Program-made: the position numbers and the translations under genes
Part shown: one piece after another, positions 51,436-64,000 of the stretch
Position numbering within the stretch: position 1 is the first letter of the stretch
Layout: each line of letters starts with the position of its first letter
DNA from: Mobula hypostoma
Taxonomy: Eukaryota
DNA length: 64,000 nt
NCBI RefSeq assembly: GCF_963921235.1
Contig: NC_086097.1
Span: 220,536,001-220,600,000 of the forward strand
Reading direction: 5' to 3'
Notes under the pieces: model-generated
The model's database searches: none
What the model was told of the DNA's origin: nothing
Seen by the model: only the letters and a program-made list of their open reading frames with translations

Positions 51436-52070
51436 TTTATTGTCATTTAACTATATACATGAATATAACCATATAATGTATACAGAACCAAGGCGTTCCT
51501 TTGAACCAGGCTGTGAAGCACAGTAGTACGCATAGCACACATAATACATGATAACTCATGAAGACAAGGATAAAATCTACAGATTAACTACACATAAATA
51601 ACAAACTAAAGTGCACGAATATTAAATATTGTAAGGTACGGGACAGATTAACTAGTGACACTTTGAATATGATGCATCAGGGTATTCAGAAGCCTAATGG
51701 CCGGGGGAAAGAAACTGTTTCTTATTCTAACCATTCTTGTTTTTATGCATTTTAGACTCCTGCCTGATGGTAGGAAGTCAAAGAGGATGCTTGTTTGAGG
51801 GGTGAAATCCTCAAATATATAAATGTCCCTAGTGGATGGTAGAGAGACTCCTGTGATTCTCTCAGCTGGCCCAAGTTTCCAGATGCTACGAAGATAGGTG
51901 GAGGGGCAGGTAGTGGTGAAGAAGTAGGAAATCGGCAAAAGGACTTGGACAGATTGGGAGAATGGGTAATGAAGCAGCAGAAGGAATATGGTGTAGGGAA
52001 GCGCATGGTCATGCATTTTGGTAGGAGGAGGAATAAAGGCATAAACTATTTTCCAACTGGAGATAAAATT
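51436..52070. mobile_element. Rex1/Babar 3' fragment (minus) followed by CR1 RT fragment (plus)
   Basis: LPSGRSLKCIKTR..NSFFPPAIRLLN (minus) to about 51862, then KFPDATKIGG..DLDRLGEW (plus). Confidence 0.75.
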
Positions 52071-52430
52071 CACATAGGCTACACCAACTGCACTACTATC
52101 ATCAATATACTTGATCAACTCCTCGCCCACACCAACCCTAATTCAACCAAATTAGCCAGACAGGATCTCCCCCTGACAAAGTCATGTTAAACATCCTTCA
52201 TGAGTTCCAGTCTCTCCAAATGTAGGTTTTAACACTGCTCTTACAAAGTTACTTTCTCAATATTTTTCTCCTGTTCTTGTTACACTCACAGCCTTTCCCT
52301 GCTGACATCCTCTCTGTGGCCTGCGATTTGAAGATTTCCGTCAGAGCCTCAGTAATCTTCTCACTCGCCTCCTATTGGGAGCTGAGATAAATCTCATCAC
52401 ACTCTTTAACCATCTTTAAATTTCATATCT

Positions 52431-52945
52431 CCATAAGACCTTAAGACATAGGAGCAGAATTAGGCCATCTGGCCCATCGAGTCTGCTCCGCCATTCAATC
52501 ATGGCTGATCCTTTTCTCCTCTCCTCCTCAAACCCAATTCCCCGCATTCTCCCAATAACCTTTGTCGCCATGTCCAATCAAGAACCTATCAAGCTCTACC
52601 TTAAATACACCCAATGACCTAGCCTCCACAGCTGCATGCTATCTTTAGTTTTTTTTTAAACCATCTGTCCTATCCTGAGTTCTTTCACTCCAGTTCCCAC
52701 CCCCCGCCAAATTAGTTTAAACCCTCCCCAATAGCTCTAACAAACCTGCCCACAAAAATATTGGTCCCCCTCAGGTTCAGGTGCAACCCATCACTTCTGA
52801 ACAAGTCGTACCTCCCCCAGAACAGATCCCAATGATCCAAATACCTGAAGCCCTGCCCCCTGCACAAGCTTCTCAGCCACGCATTTATCTGCCAAATCAT
52901 CCTGTTTCTACCCTCACTGGCGCGTCGCACAGGCAGCAGTCTAGC
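52431..52945 (-). mobile_element. CR1 3' tail fragment plus CR1 ORF1 esterase fragment
   Basis: (CCATAAGA)n tail at 52431; ORF 52712-52930 QINAWLRSLCRGQGFRYLDHW..DGLHLN. Confidence 0.82.
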
Positions 52946-53724
52946 TTTTCCAATGGTAATTTGTTCTAGAGTGCCACCATCCCTTTCTCTGAATTCTTCA
53001 TGATTGTAAATGCAGATGTGAAATAGTCATTAAAAGGCCATACCTTTTACAGTCTGTAAATGTGTGTCAAAAAAGCAGAAAAGGGGAATTTTTATTTTGT
53101 TCTGGCACAGAAAAACTCTTTGATATTATTGTAGGTTTTCAAAAAGCTGGCTGCTCCAGAGTCATTTCTTTACCATTAGCTCCGCCAGTATTCTTGGTTC
53201 TATGATGCTAAAAGTGTCCATCTCTTTATACAATTATTTCTGAGTAAAGTGGCGGGCTGGAAAGAGAAAATGGATTGGTTTTTGCCTGTCTATTTTCTCC
53301 ACTCCTTTCCTAAAGACATTAAATTCTTGTTAAAACATCAGTATGCCATGCACCTTCTAGTACCTCACCCCAGGAGTCAATTGGTTGGATTTTGTATTCA
53401 GAGGAGAATGAACTGTTTATTAAACTTTCAGCTGCTCGAAGACTTTTAATGAGCTCTTGTGCACCAATTTAGTGATTAGAGAGCCATTTCAACACAGCCT
53501 TTTTACTGAAGATGACAGACACGTGTGGACAAGACAAAAAACCACAGGGCTCTTCAATCAGACTGAAGAATTATCACCGAGATATGTTATCTAGGAAGTG
53601 AAAATTAGGTTAATTCATTCTATGTAAGATTATTTACAGGGAGTAAAACATGGAAAAGAAAGATGAGATTAAAAGGTGAAAAGCTTACATGAAAAGAATA
53701 ACATGAAAAACAATGAGGTCATAT

Positions 53725-54160
53725 CAGAATCAGTATCACCAGCATATAATAATAATAGTAATAAGTACTTTATTGATCCCGAGTGGGAAATTATTTCATT
53801 ACAGCTGCAACATTTAAAAATACATTCAGCAATTATAATAAATATAATATTAACAAATAAAGTACAGAATAATGTGCAAAATAATAAAACAGACTATTGT
53901 ACTATGATGCGTGTTCTCCGGTCACACAGAGATGAACTGTTATATAAATTTGTAAATATGTTGTGAAATTTGTTAACTTAGTAGCAGCAGTACAATGCAA
54001 TACACGATAAATATAGAAACAAATAGTTAAATGAATTACAGCAAGTATATACAATGGAAATAATAAAAAAGTGAGGTAGTGTTCATGGGATCAAGGTCCA
54101 TTTAGAAATCGTATGGCAGAGAGGAAGAAACTGTTCCTGAATCACTAAATGTATGTCTTT
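53725..54160 (-). mobile_element. Rex1/Babar 3' fragment with a nested LINE tail
   Basis: CAGAATCAG tail, colinear with 35818-36110, interrupted at about 53748-53950 by an (AAT)n-tailed piece. Confidence 0.65.
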
Positions 54161-54689
54161 AGATATAAATATCTCCAACAATTAACTACATTTTAAACAA
54201 TAAGGCATCATATCTGTAAAAGTAAACTTTTGGTTCTAAAAAGGCTTTTTGGTTTAATACTAAAAATTCAATTGCACTTCAATGGGAAATCGATAATTTT
54301 TTGCCTTGCGTGATGGATACTTATGTCGTGCAAATCTATCAAGCTTACACTTTTCATGAGCTTCAAAGCCATGTAGTTTGCTAAGTTTTTGCAGTGCTTC
54401 CAGAGAAGCAACCAAATTCCTGATTTACTCCATAACGAACAGTAAGGATTCATTGACTTTGCACAATGTCTGCACTACTCTTTGCTCAAGAGGTGGCCAG
54501 TGAGACAGAGACACCACTCAGTGGACCATCTAAAAGCCCAGCAGTACTGAACAAGGACTGCCAGTAGAAATGATCAGCAGAAAGCATCAAGGAATACAGC
54601 ACTTCTATCAACCAAATTTATGATATCCGTCAAACAACAGTTTGTTACCCCATAGATTCCGCCACTCACCAAGACACTTTTACTGCGGA

Positions 54690-54835
54690 CCCTGACCAGC
54701 AAGCTGCATATTTTATGGCATGTGGCAGAAAACACATAGAGCCATGGGGAGAATATGTGAACTTCAGAGATCAAGACTGAACCTTGCTGACTGAAATTGT
54801 GAGGCAGCGGCACTACAAGCTGTACTGCTGTGCGA
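54690..54835 (-). mobile_element. Degenerate V-SINE-type element
   Basis: CATGGGGAGAATATGTGAACTTC..GTGAGGCAGCGGCACTAC resembles 27015-27180. Confidence 0.5.
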
Positions 54836-56299
54836 GTGGAAATGCTGGCTGACTTTCTCCTTTGCACTTCTCTACAGAACACTGGCAGCTACCCGACTGA
54901 ATCAGGTAAATCAGTGCAGATCAACGAGCAAAACAACACCTTTCTTGGTCTATCAACATCTCAATAATAGCAGGAGCTCGAGAATTACTAGTATTCTTTA
55001 AAAAAAAATTGGTGCACTCAAATATAACAAACTACCCAATTTTCACTGAGTATCATTAATCCTATTCCCTTCATTGTATACTTAAACTTTTGATAAGTGG
55101 ATCTAAAGATAATGCCACCTAAACGGCTGCTTGTTGATTTACAATGTTAATTAACTAAGTTCACAAAGTGATTAGGATCCATAGTAACATTCCTTTCTTC
55201 CGATCTAATTCTTCCTCAAATACTCCAAAGTAAACAAATACTTCAGCTCCCATTTTTTTTAAAACTGAGTTACTCTTCTAACATACACTTTGCTAATGGT
55301 TCAAAAATGGATGCATTAGTCAGTAGCACAAAGCCAAATTCCACTTACAGGTTGAAAGCTGATCTTCCACATGAATTTTTTATGCTTAAAAGACACTTCA
55401 GGATGCCATTGGGATAGACTGTGGGATAACACATTAGCCTGCAAATGGATAGCAATGGTTTTGTAACACATGCAGAAACATCCTAATTATTGTCTACAAT
55501 ATTAAATTTCAAACAACAGGCAGTCTTCATGGAGCAATCTTCAAACTGCTGTCTTAATTTTTTCCAATAACCCGACTGGAAGGAATTTCCAGTTAATATT
55601 TGTCGTACTACAAATGCACCAGCCCAGCTGTAGGAAATACTGTGACAACAGGCACTGTACTGTAAGAAAAATGCTTCACCAAAACATTACAGGATAGCTT
55701 TCTTTTGATACGTAGCTTTTCCCCGAAGACTAAATAGATCTAGTTACTCAATAATCTGTTTGCATGCATTCTAAAATTATCCGGTGCCATAACCAATCCA
55801 ATTTGGATACTGATTCTGTACACAAGTACAATATTTAAAAAAACACACAGGTCGTTATTTGATCTGATTATCTCTAAACTATTTTAAGCATTAAACACAA
55901 AATTAAAGCAGAAATATCTTTGATTTTCTCCCACCTATAACCTGTACAACTGCATTCTTCAATTATATATGTACTTCAGTACTGTGCATGGTATGTTACT
56001 CAAATGATCTTCAGTCAATATGGGGAGAAATTGCATTTGGGAAAAAAAAGGTCCTTTCCATCAGTGAATGCTTCATATACCTGAGATATCATTAACAGAT
56101 TTGGCTAACCAAGAAAACAATTAAAATACTCTCCCTCAACACATTTAACATACAATATGGTACATTTTTGATTGCACAGGATTTCAAATTTTTAAAAAAT
56201 CATCTAGTTATTATTTAAAGTGCAACTTGGTAGGAAGTGAAAAGCAGTTTGCTACCAAAGAGAATTATGTTTGCTACTAGGCAAAGTATGAGGTCAAAG

Positions 56300-56527
56300 T
56301 TCACACACAGCAAATCAGGAACAGCGTCTTCCCCTCTCCCATGAACACAACCTCACTTTTAATTATTTTTGTTTTTGCACTATTTTTAATTTAACTATTT
56401 AATATACATATACACTTACTGTCACTGATTTACTTACTTTTTCTATATTATTATATAGCATTGTACTGCTGCCGCCAGGTTAACAAATTTCATGACATAT
56501 GCTGTTGATATTAAAACTGACTCTGAC
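56300..56527 (+). mobile_element. Rex1/Babar 3' fragment
   Basis: AGGAACAGCGTCTTCCCCTC..TTAACAAATTTCATGACATATGCTG..ACTGACTCTGA. Confidence 0.75.
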
Positions 56528-57858
56528 AAACATTCGAATTTTCCTTTAGCACCATTTCTCCTGTCATTTAAACCAAAGACTTCAAAACTATATTCGTGTG
56601 AATTAACAGCCATACAAATAGTTCATTTAACTTTAGTTATGACCATAGATTTCCAGATATTACAATTCATTTTAACCTTTTCCTTAGGGTATACTTGTAA
56701 CTCCCCAAATTGCACAATGGGCAAGCAGGAAATTGTCAATAATTTCAGCAAGAATACAAGTTTATGACCCCAGGAGTATTAACTGATTAGATTTCTTCAT
56801 AAACAATAGCCAAATTGGTAGCAAAAAAAAAAATGCCCAGTCTCAAATGAAATTCCAAGAAGAGTGAGGACAGGAAGAAATACACAAGCAAACTTGAGGA
56901 CAATTACAAATCAAAAATATATATGTAAGCATGTTTAGTAAATTATTTTGTCCAATATTGGTCACAACTGTATTTGTACAGCTGTAACATAATTCGATAG
57001 TGAGATGTGGTCATTCAGAAAATAGTACAGCACTCAGCCTTTTCTCCTCAACTAATGAAGAAATATCTTGGCTACCATATTAGAAGTGAGAGAGTTAAAT
57101 CATACTTGTATTATGCATGTATGTTAACAATGTACTGGCTCAGCAACAGGAAAGAGTATAACAAATATCAGTGATTTCAAATGAGTCATCAAGTTTAATA
57201 ATGGTGCAACAATCTAACAAACCCATTTTAAAAAATTCTGCGATCTTCTCTATTCTTATTGATCATCTGCACTTTGCATAATATCCATTTAAATAGACTA
57301 ATTTTTTTTTAGAAAAGGCATATTAATATTTACATGCTAGAATTTTACTTTGAAAGGTCATTGCTAAATTCAGGAATATCTGCCGATTGCAATAAGATTT
57401 AAAATGATCAGTGGCTTAGAACGGATAACAAAATCTTTACCAAAGATTCACATATGAAGTTAAATAAGCACCTCCCTTAAAATCTTTTAAAAAATTGAAT
57501 TGTAAGTAAATTACTGGCTGCGTCAGATTTAATAACACTGGTAAATAAAAACTGTAGCTTTAAAAAAAAGAACAATAGATAAATCGCAACTCAGCTTGGT
57601 GCTTTAATCAAGTCTTAGCATATAAAGCACAACATCATAAAACATTAATGCATGCACTTTGGGAAATCTAACAGTTCAATTACACAATTCAATTTTTCAT
57701 TGCGATTTTTTTTCCACAATTGAGTAAATTGCAGCACTGGGTAAAAGTACAGACATTTGATGCTCATTTTTGTCTGTGTAGTACTGCGTCTTTATAAACT
57801 GTGTTTTAACAGACCTTTTTTGACAGCTATAAAGGCTGTTATCAAGACTAGGACTCAC

Positions 57859-57907
57859 CCACTTCATCATGCAGTAAACGGCATCTCGTAATTTCACCTC
57901 GAAGCAT
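57859..57907 (-). CDS. Candidate 49-nt internal exon of an unidentified gene
   Basis: Acceptor CTTTCTTATTGTCAG and donor GG|GTGAGT; two open frames (MLRGEITRCRLLHDEV or CFEVKLRDAVYCMMKW); three CpGs in unique sequence. Peptide not recognised. Confidence 0.3.
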
Positions 57908-59179
57908 CTGACAATAAGAAAGCTGCAATAATTTCTCCACTAAGTGAAAGAAGGTGCCCACAATATGATGGTTTAGTGAAGGACGGTTTTAATATAGCCA
58001 GTAACAACTAAACCAGACTAGACATCATGCAGCCACAATAACCTGTGGAGCCAGTTTCACCTTGATTGGCTGTATTAGATCATGTGACCTAAACATATTT
58101 AACTTAAAGTGCAATTACAAGCTACTGTACTTAAAGGAGAGCTGCAAGCAGAAGATATACAACTAAATGTTAGTGTGCACACTACTTCAGAATACAGAAA
58201 GCAAAAAGGCATAAAACTGAAGTATTCACCATTGCTACCTACCGTAAATGTCCACCTTCATTACCAACACCACTAAATGCAACAAGTTATTTTACTCAGC
58301 TGGTAAGAAATATGTGCAGATATACAAATAGGTAATAAATTTATATCCATTTTAGTGATTCAGCAAGTTTGTCAAATGAGTGCAGAAAGATTTCCAGATC
58401 AGAGATGTGCAATTTCAACAGTAACAACAGGCATTCTTGGCTACTGGGCATTGGCATCTTCCTCCTTCTGGTTGAAGGTAAAGGAAATCTAAAAAGTCCT
58501 TTTAATAATAACTGCAATTATAATATCAGGGTTTTTTGCCACAAAATAAAGATTAAAGACTAATTGAATCATATGTAGATAAAGATGTAATCAGTATGGC
58601 AGTCTTGGCTGTTAAGTTTTATAAGTGATTATTTGAGCTCAGTAGGGGAAAATAATTAGCAATCCATGAACAGGGATGTGCACTCCCCCCCCCCCAAAAG
58701 AAAAGCCTCCAGGAAAGAAACTATAGGACTATCAGACATAAACATTTCCAATATCAGTGAAGACAGAATTACTATAGAAGGACATGGACCTAAAGCAAGC
58801 AGAGGGGATGAGTGTAGATGGGTCTGCATAGATATGGTGGTCTGAAGAATACATTTCTGTGCAGTGCAAATGGACGACTCGAGACTTGCATTACAAGGGA
58901 AAAGCAAAGCAGCCAGGATTGTTCTCCTCACAGGATAGAAAGCTGAGATGACGTGATAGAGGTATTCAAAATGATAAGCAGTCAGGGCAAGGTGTTCGCC
59001 CTGGCGGAAGAGACACAGATCACTGGCAAAGAAACCAATGCTGACATGAGCCATGATTTGGTTTCATATATATATTTTAAGCTGTTTGTATCTGTAAAAT
59101 GTAGCCCTACAGAGAGATTAAAACAGCGTTCAGAAAGGAAGTGGATCACTAATTGAATAAAGGCTTTGTAGTACATAAT

Positions 59180-59690
59180 CTGAAAAGATTCTACAGATGC
59201 TGGAAATCCAGTTACACATACAAAATGCTAGAGAAACTCAACAGGTCAGCCTGCATCTTTGCTCTGTCTGAAACAAGCTGCATCTCCCAGCAGCAATCGT
59301 TTTACATCTAATTCCCATTCTGACATGCCAGTCCAAGGCTTCCTTTACTGCCACGATGAAGCCACATTCAGGTTAGAGGGGCAACACCACATCATTCGTC
59401 TGTGTAGTCTCCAAAATGACAACGTGAATACTAATTTCTCCAACTTCCAGTAATTTCTCTCAACCCCCCCCCCCCCGCCCAACAGCCCCCTTCTATTCTC
59501 CATTCTGGCACCTCTCTCAGCTCTTCACTTCACCTGCTGCTAAATTCCCTCTGCTGTCACTCCTCCTTCCCTTTCTCTCGTGGTCCACTCTCCTCTCTTG
59601 CCAAAGGGTCTCAGCTCGAAACGCTGACCATACTTTTTTCCATTGATACTGCCTGGCCTGCTGAGCTCCTCCAGCACTGTGTATATTACT
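59180..59690 (+). mobile_element. Older Penelope fragment with inverted 5' terminal repeat
   Basis: Inverted repeat piece 59180-59258, GIY-YIG end CHDEATFRLEGQHHIIRLCSLQ..NFSNFQ*, degenerate hammerhead AAGGGTCTCAGCTCGAAACGCTGAC near 59603. Confidence 0.8.
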
Positions 59691-60095
59691 TTGGCTTTGT
59701 AGTACCATGACTTTATAAACTGGGGCAGAGGAGCAGCAATAGCTGATTTGTGTCTGCTTCATCTTGCACGAGGTGTGTGTTTGTGTAGACTCTGTAATGA
59801 GTAACTCCCTAACTTACTAGACTGGCTCTGGCAAAATTCAAACCAAATACTAATGTGCAAGTTATTACTAAGAAGGAATCCCTAAATAGCAGTACTCTGG
59901 CCAGAATGCTGCTTGGTACCATAACCTCAACCATTTTTTGATATTATATTTGAGTAACTTAAACTCAAAGGTCATTTCCGTGATGGTGGATTGTCCACTT
60001 ATCACATTTAGCTAAAGATAATTGAAAATGATCTTTACACAGGGGTCTGTACTGGCTCCCTTCCTGTTTACCCTGTATACCTCAGACTTCAGATA

Positions 60096-60597
60096 CATAA
60101 GAACATAATAACATAAGAAATAGGAGCAGGAGTAGGCCATCCCACCCATCGAGCCTGCCCCGCCACTCAATAAGATAATGGCTGATCTGTCCGTAAACTC
60201 AGCTTCATCTACCTGCCTTTTCCCCATAACACTTAATTCCCTTACTATATAAAAACCTATCTAACAATTTGTTAAATATATTTAGTGAGGAAGCCTCAAC
60301 TGCTTCCCTGGGCAGACAATTCCACAGATTCACCACTCTCTGGGAAAAAGTTTCTCCTCATCTCTGCTCTAAATCTTCTCCACTGAATCTTGAGGCAATG
60401 TCCCCTAGTTCTCGTCTCACCTACCAATGAAAACAGCTTTCGTACTATCTTATCTATCCCTTTCAAAATTTTGTATGTTTCTATAACATCCCCTCTCATT
60501 CTTCTGAACTCCAGACAGTATAGTCCCAGGCGACTCAATCTCTCCTCATAGGTTAAACCCTTCATCCCTGAAATCAACCTGCTGAACCTCCTCTGCA
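60096..60597 (-). mobile_element. CR1 3' fragment
   Basis: ORF 60296-60598 QRRFSRLISGMKGLTYEERL..RGDVIETYKILKG; ACATAAGA tail. Confidence 0.9.
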
Positions 60598-61277
60598 CCG
60601 AGTCATGTCATCTGCACAAATTCATTGGTGACTCAGCAATAGTTGGGAGTATAAAGGGAGGACAGGAGGATGAAGACAGAACCCTGGTGAAGGACTTCAT
60701 CGAATGGGGCAAGCGGCACCATCTGCAGCTTAACATCTGTAAGACAAAGAAGATGGTGATGGACTTTAGGAAGATCAGTCTTGCACTGCTCCCCATCACT
60801 ATTGATGGTGAGGACATGGATGTGGTGAGGGCCTTCCAAGACTTTAGTGGAGCACCAACAAAAGGGCTGTGTACAAGTCGGGCCAGAGGAGACTAAGGTC
60901 CTTTGAAGTATGCAGGTCTCTCCTTCACATGTTCTACTAGTCTGCTCTCGCCAGTACATTCCTCTATGCAGTGGTGTGCTGGGGCAATTGCATTAACACA
61001 GGTTAGAAAGACTGGCTCTGTTATAGGAGTCAAACTGGACATACTGGAGGCTACGGTAGAAGAAAGGACCCTCTGGAAAATCCTGGCAATTCTGTATAAT
61101 GTTTCTCACCCGCTGCAAACCACCTGGGCTGAACAGAGGAGCACTTTCAGTAATGCAAATGTGCAGCTCCAAAGAGCACCATATGAGGTCATTCTTACCC
61201 TCAGCTATCAGGCTCGATGAATCAACATATAGCCGGGAAGCGATCTTGTAATCTTTGACTTTTAAAATCTTATTTTT

Positions 61278-61688
61278 AACATAGAAACATAGAAAACATA
61301 CAGAACAATACAGGCCCTTTGGCCTACAAAGCTGTGCCGAACATGTCCCTACCTTAGAAGTATCTAGGCTTTACCCATAGCCCTCTAAGCTATCTAAGCT
61401 CCATGTAGCCATCCAGGAGTCTCCTAAAAGACCCATCGTTTACGCCTCCACCACCGCCACCCCATTCCATGCACTCACCACTCTCTGCATAAAAAACTTA
61501 CCCCGACATCTCCTCAGTACCTACTTCCAAGCACCTTAAAACTATGTCTTCTCATGCTAGCTATCTCAGCCCTGGGAAAAAGCCTCTGACTATCCACACA
61601 ATCAACACCTTTCATTATCTTGTACACCTTTATCAGCTTACCTCTCATCCTCCGTCGCTCCAAGGAGAAAAGTCCGAGTTCACTCAAC
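61278..61688 (-). mobile_element. CR1 3' fragment
   Basis: ACATAGAAACATAGAAAAC tail; minus strand FSLERRRMRGKLIKVYKIMKG. Confidence 0.85.
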
Positions 61689-63902
61689 AAGGTGACTGAT
61701 ATTTATTCTTTCTTGCTTCTCTTCTAACATTTGCATATCTGTGCACTTTAATGCTACTGTGACACGGTAATTTCCTTTGAGATCAATGAAGTATCTATCT
61801 ATCCATCTAAATGCTTCGGTCTAGTCTTTGGCTCAATCACCATTGAGGAATGGTATGCTCTTAAACAATCTCTCCCTCCCTCCCTCTCAAGTGGTTTAAC
61901 TGTCAATCACCATTCACAGCTAGGTGTGATGAAATTGCAGAGCTTTGACTTGGTTTGTCAGTTGCTGAATTACATCGTACATGCTTTTGCCAGTTAACAC
62001 ACATGTAGATAATCCAGGTGGTTCTCCGTTCAAACTCTGCTAATCTTAAATTGAGCTACTGTATTGCTCCCCTGGCTTGATGGAACTTGTAGAGTACAGA
62101 GTATTCCAGGTCATGACAGTACATAATAATTTTTATTGACATATTTGTTAAAACACCTCAAGTAACATGAAGAACTTTTCCAGTTCTCGAGTCCTGCTAG
62201 ATGCTGGCAATCTCACACAGCACAATACAACTGTTTTCGTTTTTGAGTCAGTAATTATAGTCTTGCTTTTGTATCAGAAGAGCAATTCAAACTTCACTTT
62301 AAAGCTAAACTACAGCTAATAGTTCGATGCCCTGTAGAAGAAATGTCACGTTGTCAGAGGTGGCATCTACCAAATGCATCATTTGCAAGACGTAGTACTA
62401 CAGTGGTTAAATTAATGAACCAGTAATTGAAATCCTATTGTTAAATCATCCAGAGAAGCTATTCAGTAGGAGTACATGAAATAGTCCGATTGTCAAAATC
62501 CAAACTGGTATATTTCTGCTCTTCAGAGAAGTCAGCATCCTTACCAGTCCAGCATCAAAATAAAGGAATGAAGATTCCTTTCTACCTCCACTTTGTGCTT
62601 CCTGCACTCAGTTATGGATAATCTGGGAAGCAGCACAGTTCACCATTCTGTAGGGGAAACTGCTTAACATTTCCCCTCTGTCACTGGCCAGAAATAAGTT
62701 TCTCCACTTCTACTAAGTCACCCTTCACCACCTTAATATCTCTGATTTTATTTCCCCCTCTCATCATCTTTTAGCACTTTGAATGGGCCACTTTCTCCTC
62801 TTCACCCCCCTGCATTCCATCATCGCTTTGCTAGCACACCTTCCGTTTTCTGTGTTCTCTCTTCATGCAGGAGATCCAACCCTCTCCGCTTCCTGTTGTC
62901 ATACCCTTGCGTTATATTATTCATGCTAATTACTTTTGTTGAGGATCAGTGAGTGAAACCCAATAGCAGATATCAGCTTAGATGATCAACAGTACAATCA
63001 TCTCTCAGTCAGAAGGCCACGGGTTCAAACTTAGGATGACATGTCAGCACAATACAACCTCGCTCCCCAACCTACTCATTCCGGCACTACCCAACAAGGA
63101 ATATAACAAGGAATATGAGCTTTTCAAGTGTAAATTTGGGTGGGTGGGTTGGGGGGGGGGCAATGGAGAGGGAGGTGGCGTGTGATTCAATAGCACTCAA
63201 AATTTGATAAGGGTGTGGAAATATTGTAAAATTGGAGGCCTGCAACGAAAGTATTTGGAGGTCTGCAATGCTTTATATTAAATACTTTATTTATACCCAA
63301 ATTAAATAATGCGCGTTCAATGTGGTGGAAATTCCTAATCAAGATATACACATCGTAGAGTGTGGCATTGTTAGTGCTTCTCGTTTTTAAATTTAAATAA
63401 ATTGCAAAAGAATGCACTCTCTCTTGGGTGTAAACCTCAGATTAGTAAAGAGTTTGAAGTGGATGCTTTGATTTTTCAATGGGAACTACATCTGCTGTGC
63501 ACATTGCAAGAATGTAAAGCAGAAACAGGTCTGCATCTTTAAACATAGGCTGTGGACTTCACTGAGACCAGTCCGACTTGCCAACATTAAAAACGGGATC
63601 AGCAGCAAAGGAGGACACTCCATTGTCTTAGCAATTTGTTCATGAAAGTGGAAGTAGACTAAATTCCGTTTGCCACATATTGCAGCCTTCAAATTTCACT
63701 CTGTTCCCCCTTCCTCTTTTTCTACTTCTCATCAGCTATAATGAAAAAAGGATTGTAATAAAACTGCCAGCGCTCCAACATCAAAGTTGTTTTCAACCAC
63801 GCCATCATGCATGATAATAGTTACACAAAGTTTCTTCAACGGCAATACGCAAACCCAAGACTTGAAGCTCAGAGGCAGCAGGTACACAACCAACTCCAAT
63901 TT

Positions 63903-64000
63903 ATAGAACACAGAAAATCTACAGCACAGTACAGGCCCTTCGGCCTACAATGTTGTGCCGACCATGTAACCTACTCTAGAATCTTCCTAGAATTTCCCTA
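63903..64000 (-). mobile_element. CR1 3' end running off the window
   Basis: ATAGAACACAGAAAATCTACAGCACAGTACAGGCCCTTCGGCC tail; shares sequence with 41043-41180. Confidence 0.75.

Larger units (their letters stand above)
60036..61808 (+). mobile_element. Degenerate Rex1/Babar LINE with two nested CR1 3' ends
   Basis: QGSVLAPFLFTLYTSDF at 60039, LQLNICKTKKMVMDFRK, (TATC)n tail near 61795. Confidence 0.8.

Noticed and set aside
55349..55417. Possible minus-strand exon between TCCCACAG and GTAAGT
   Set aside because: Weak exon-side donor context and unrecognisable peptides; expected by chance.
57760..57873. ATGATGA (minus) as box C of a C/D snoRNA
   Set aside because: No suitably placed CTGA box D or terminal stem.
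62960..63060. CAGTCAGAAGGCCACGGGTTCAAAC as a tRNA gene
   Set aside because: Only a B-box-like remnant with no cloverleaf; most likely an old SINE head.

Overview
Eukaryotic vertebrate DNA: AT-rich, CpG-depleted and dominated by transposons. The repeat mix (many CR1 subfamilies, Rex1/Babar LINEs, Penelope-like elements, V-SINEs, Tc1, Tigger and hAT relics) suggests a cartilaginous fish, which is inference from composition only. I recognise no host protein-coding gene; every long ORF is transposon-derived or an antisense/low-complexity artefact. The window looks like a large intron or gene desert with deeply nested insertions, many with exact target-site duplications (TSDs), between unique AT-rich blocks that may hold conserved non-coding elements and one candidate 49-nt exon (57859-57907, minus). 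The most notable structures are (i) six copies of a minimal type I hammerhead ribozyme motif in Penelope terminal repeats, one inside a 78-bp hairpin; (ii) an L1 inserted into a related L1 with a 14-bp TSD and truncated about 45 nt from the homologous position, giving an in-frame chimeric ORF2 end; (iii) a young CR1 with about 865 open codons inserted antisense into an older CR1; (iv) RTE-type non-autonomous elements, one with an expanded (GAGGGG)n tract. I found no convincing new biological system; these are interesting instances of known families. Boundaries marked approximate were read by eye.
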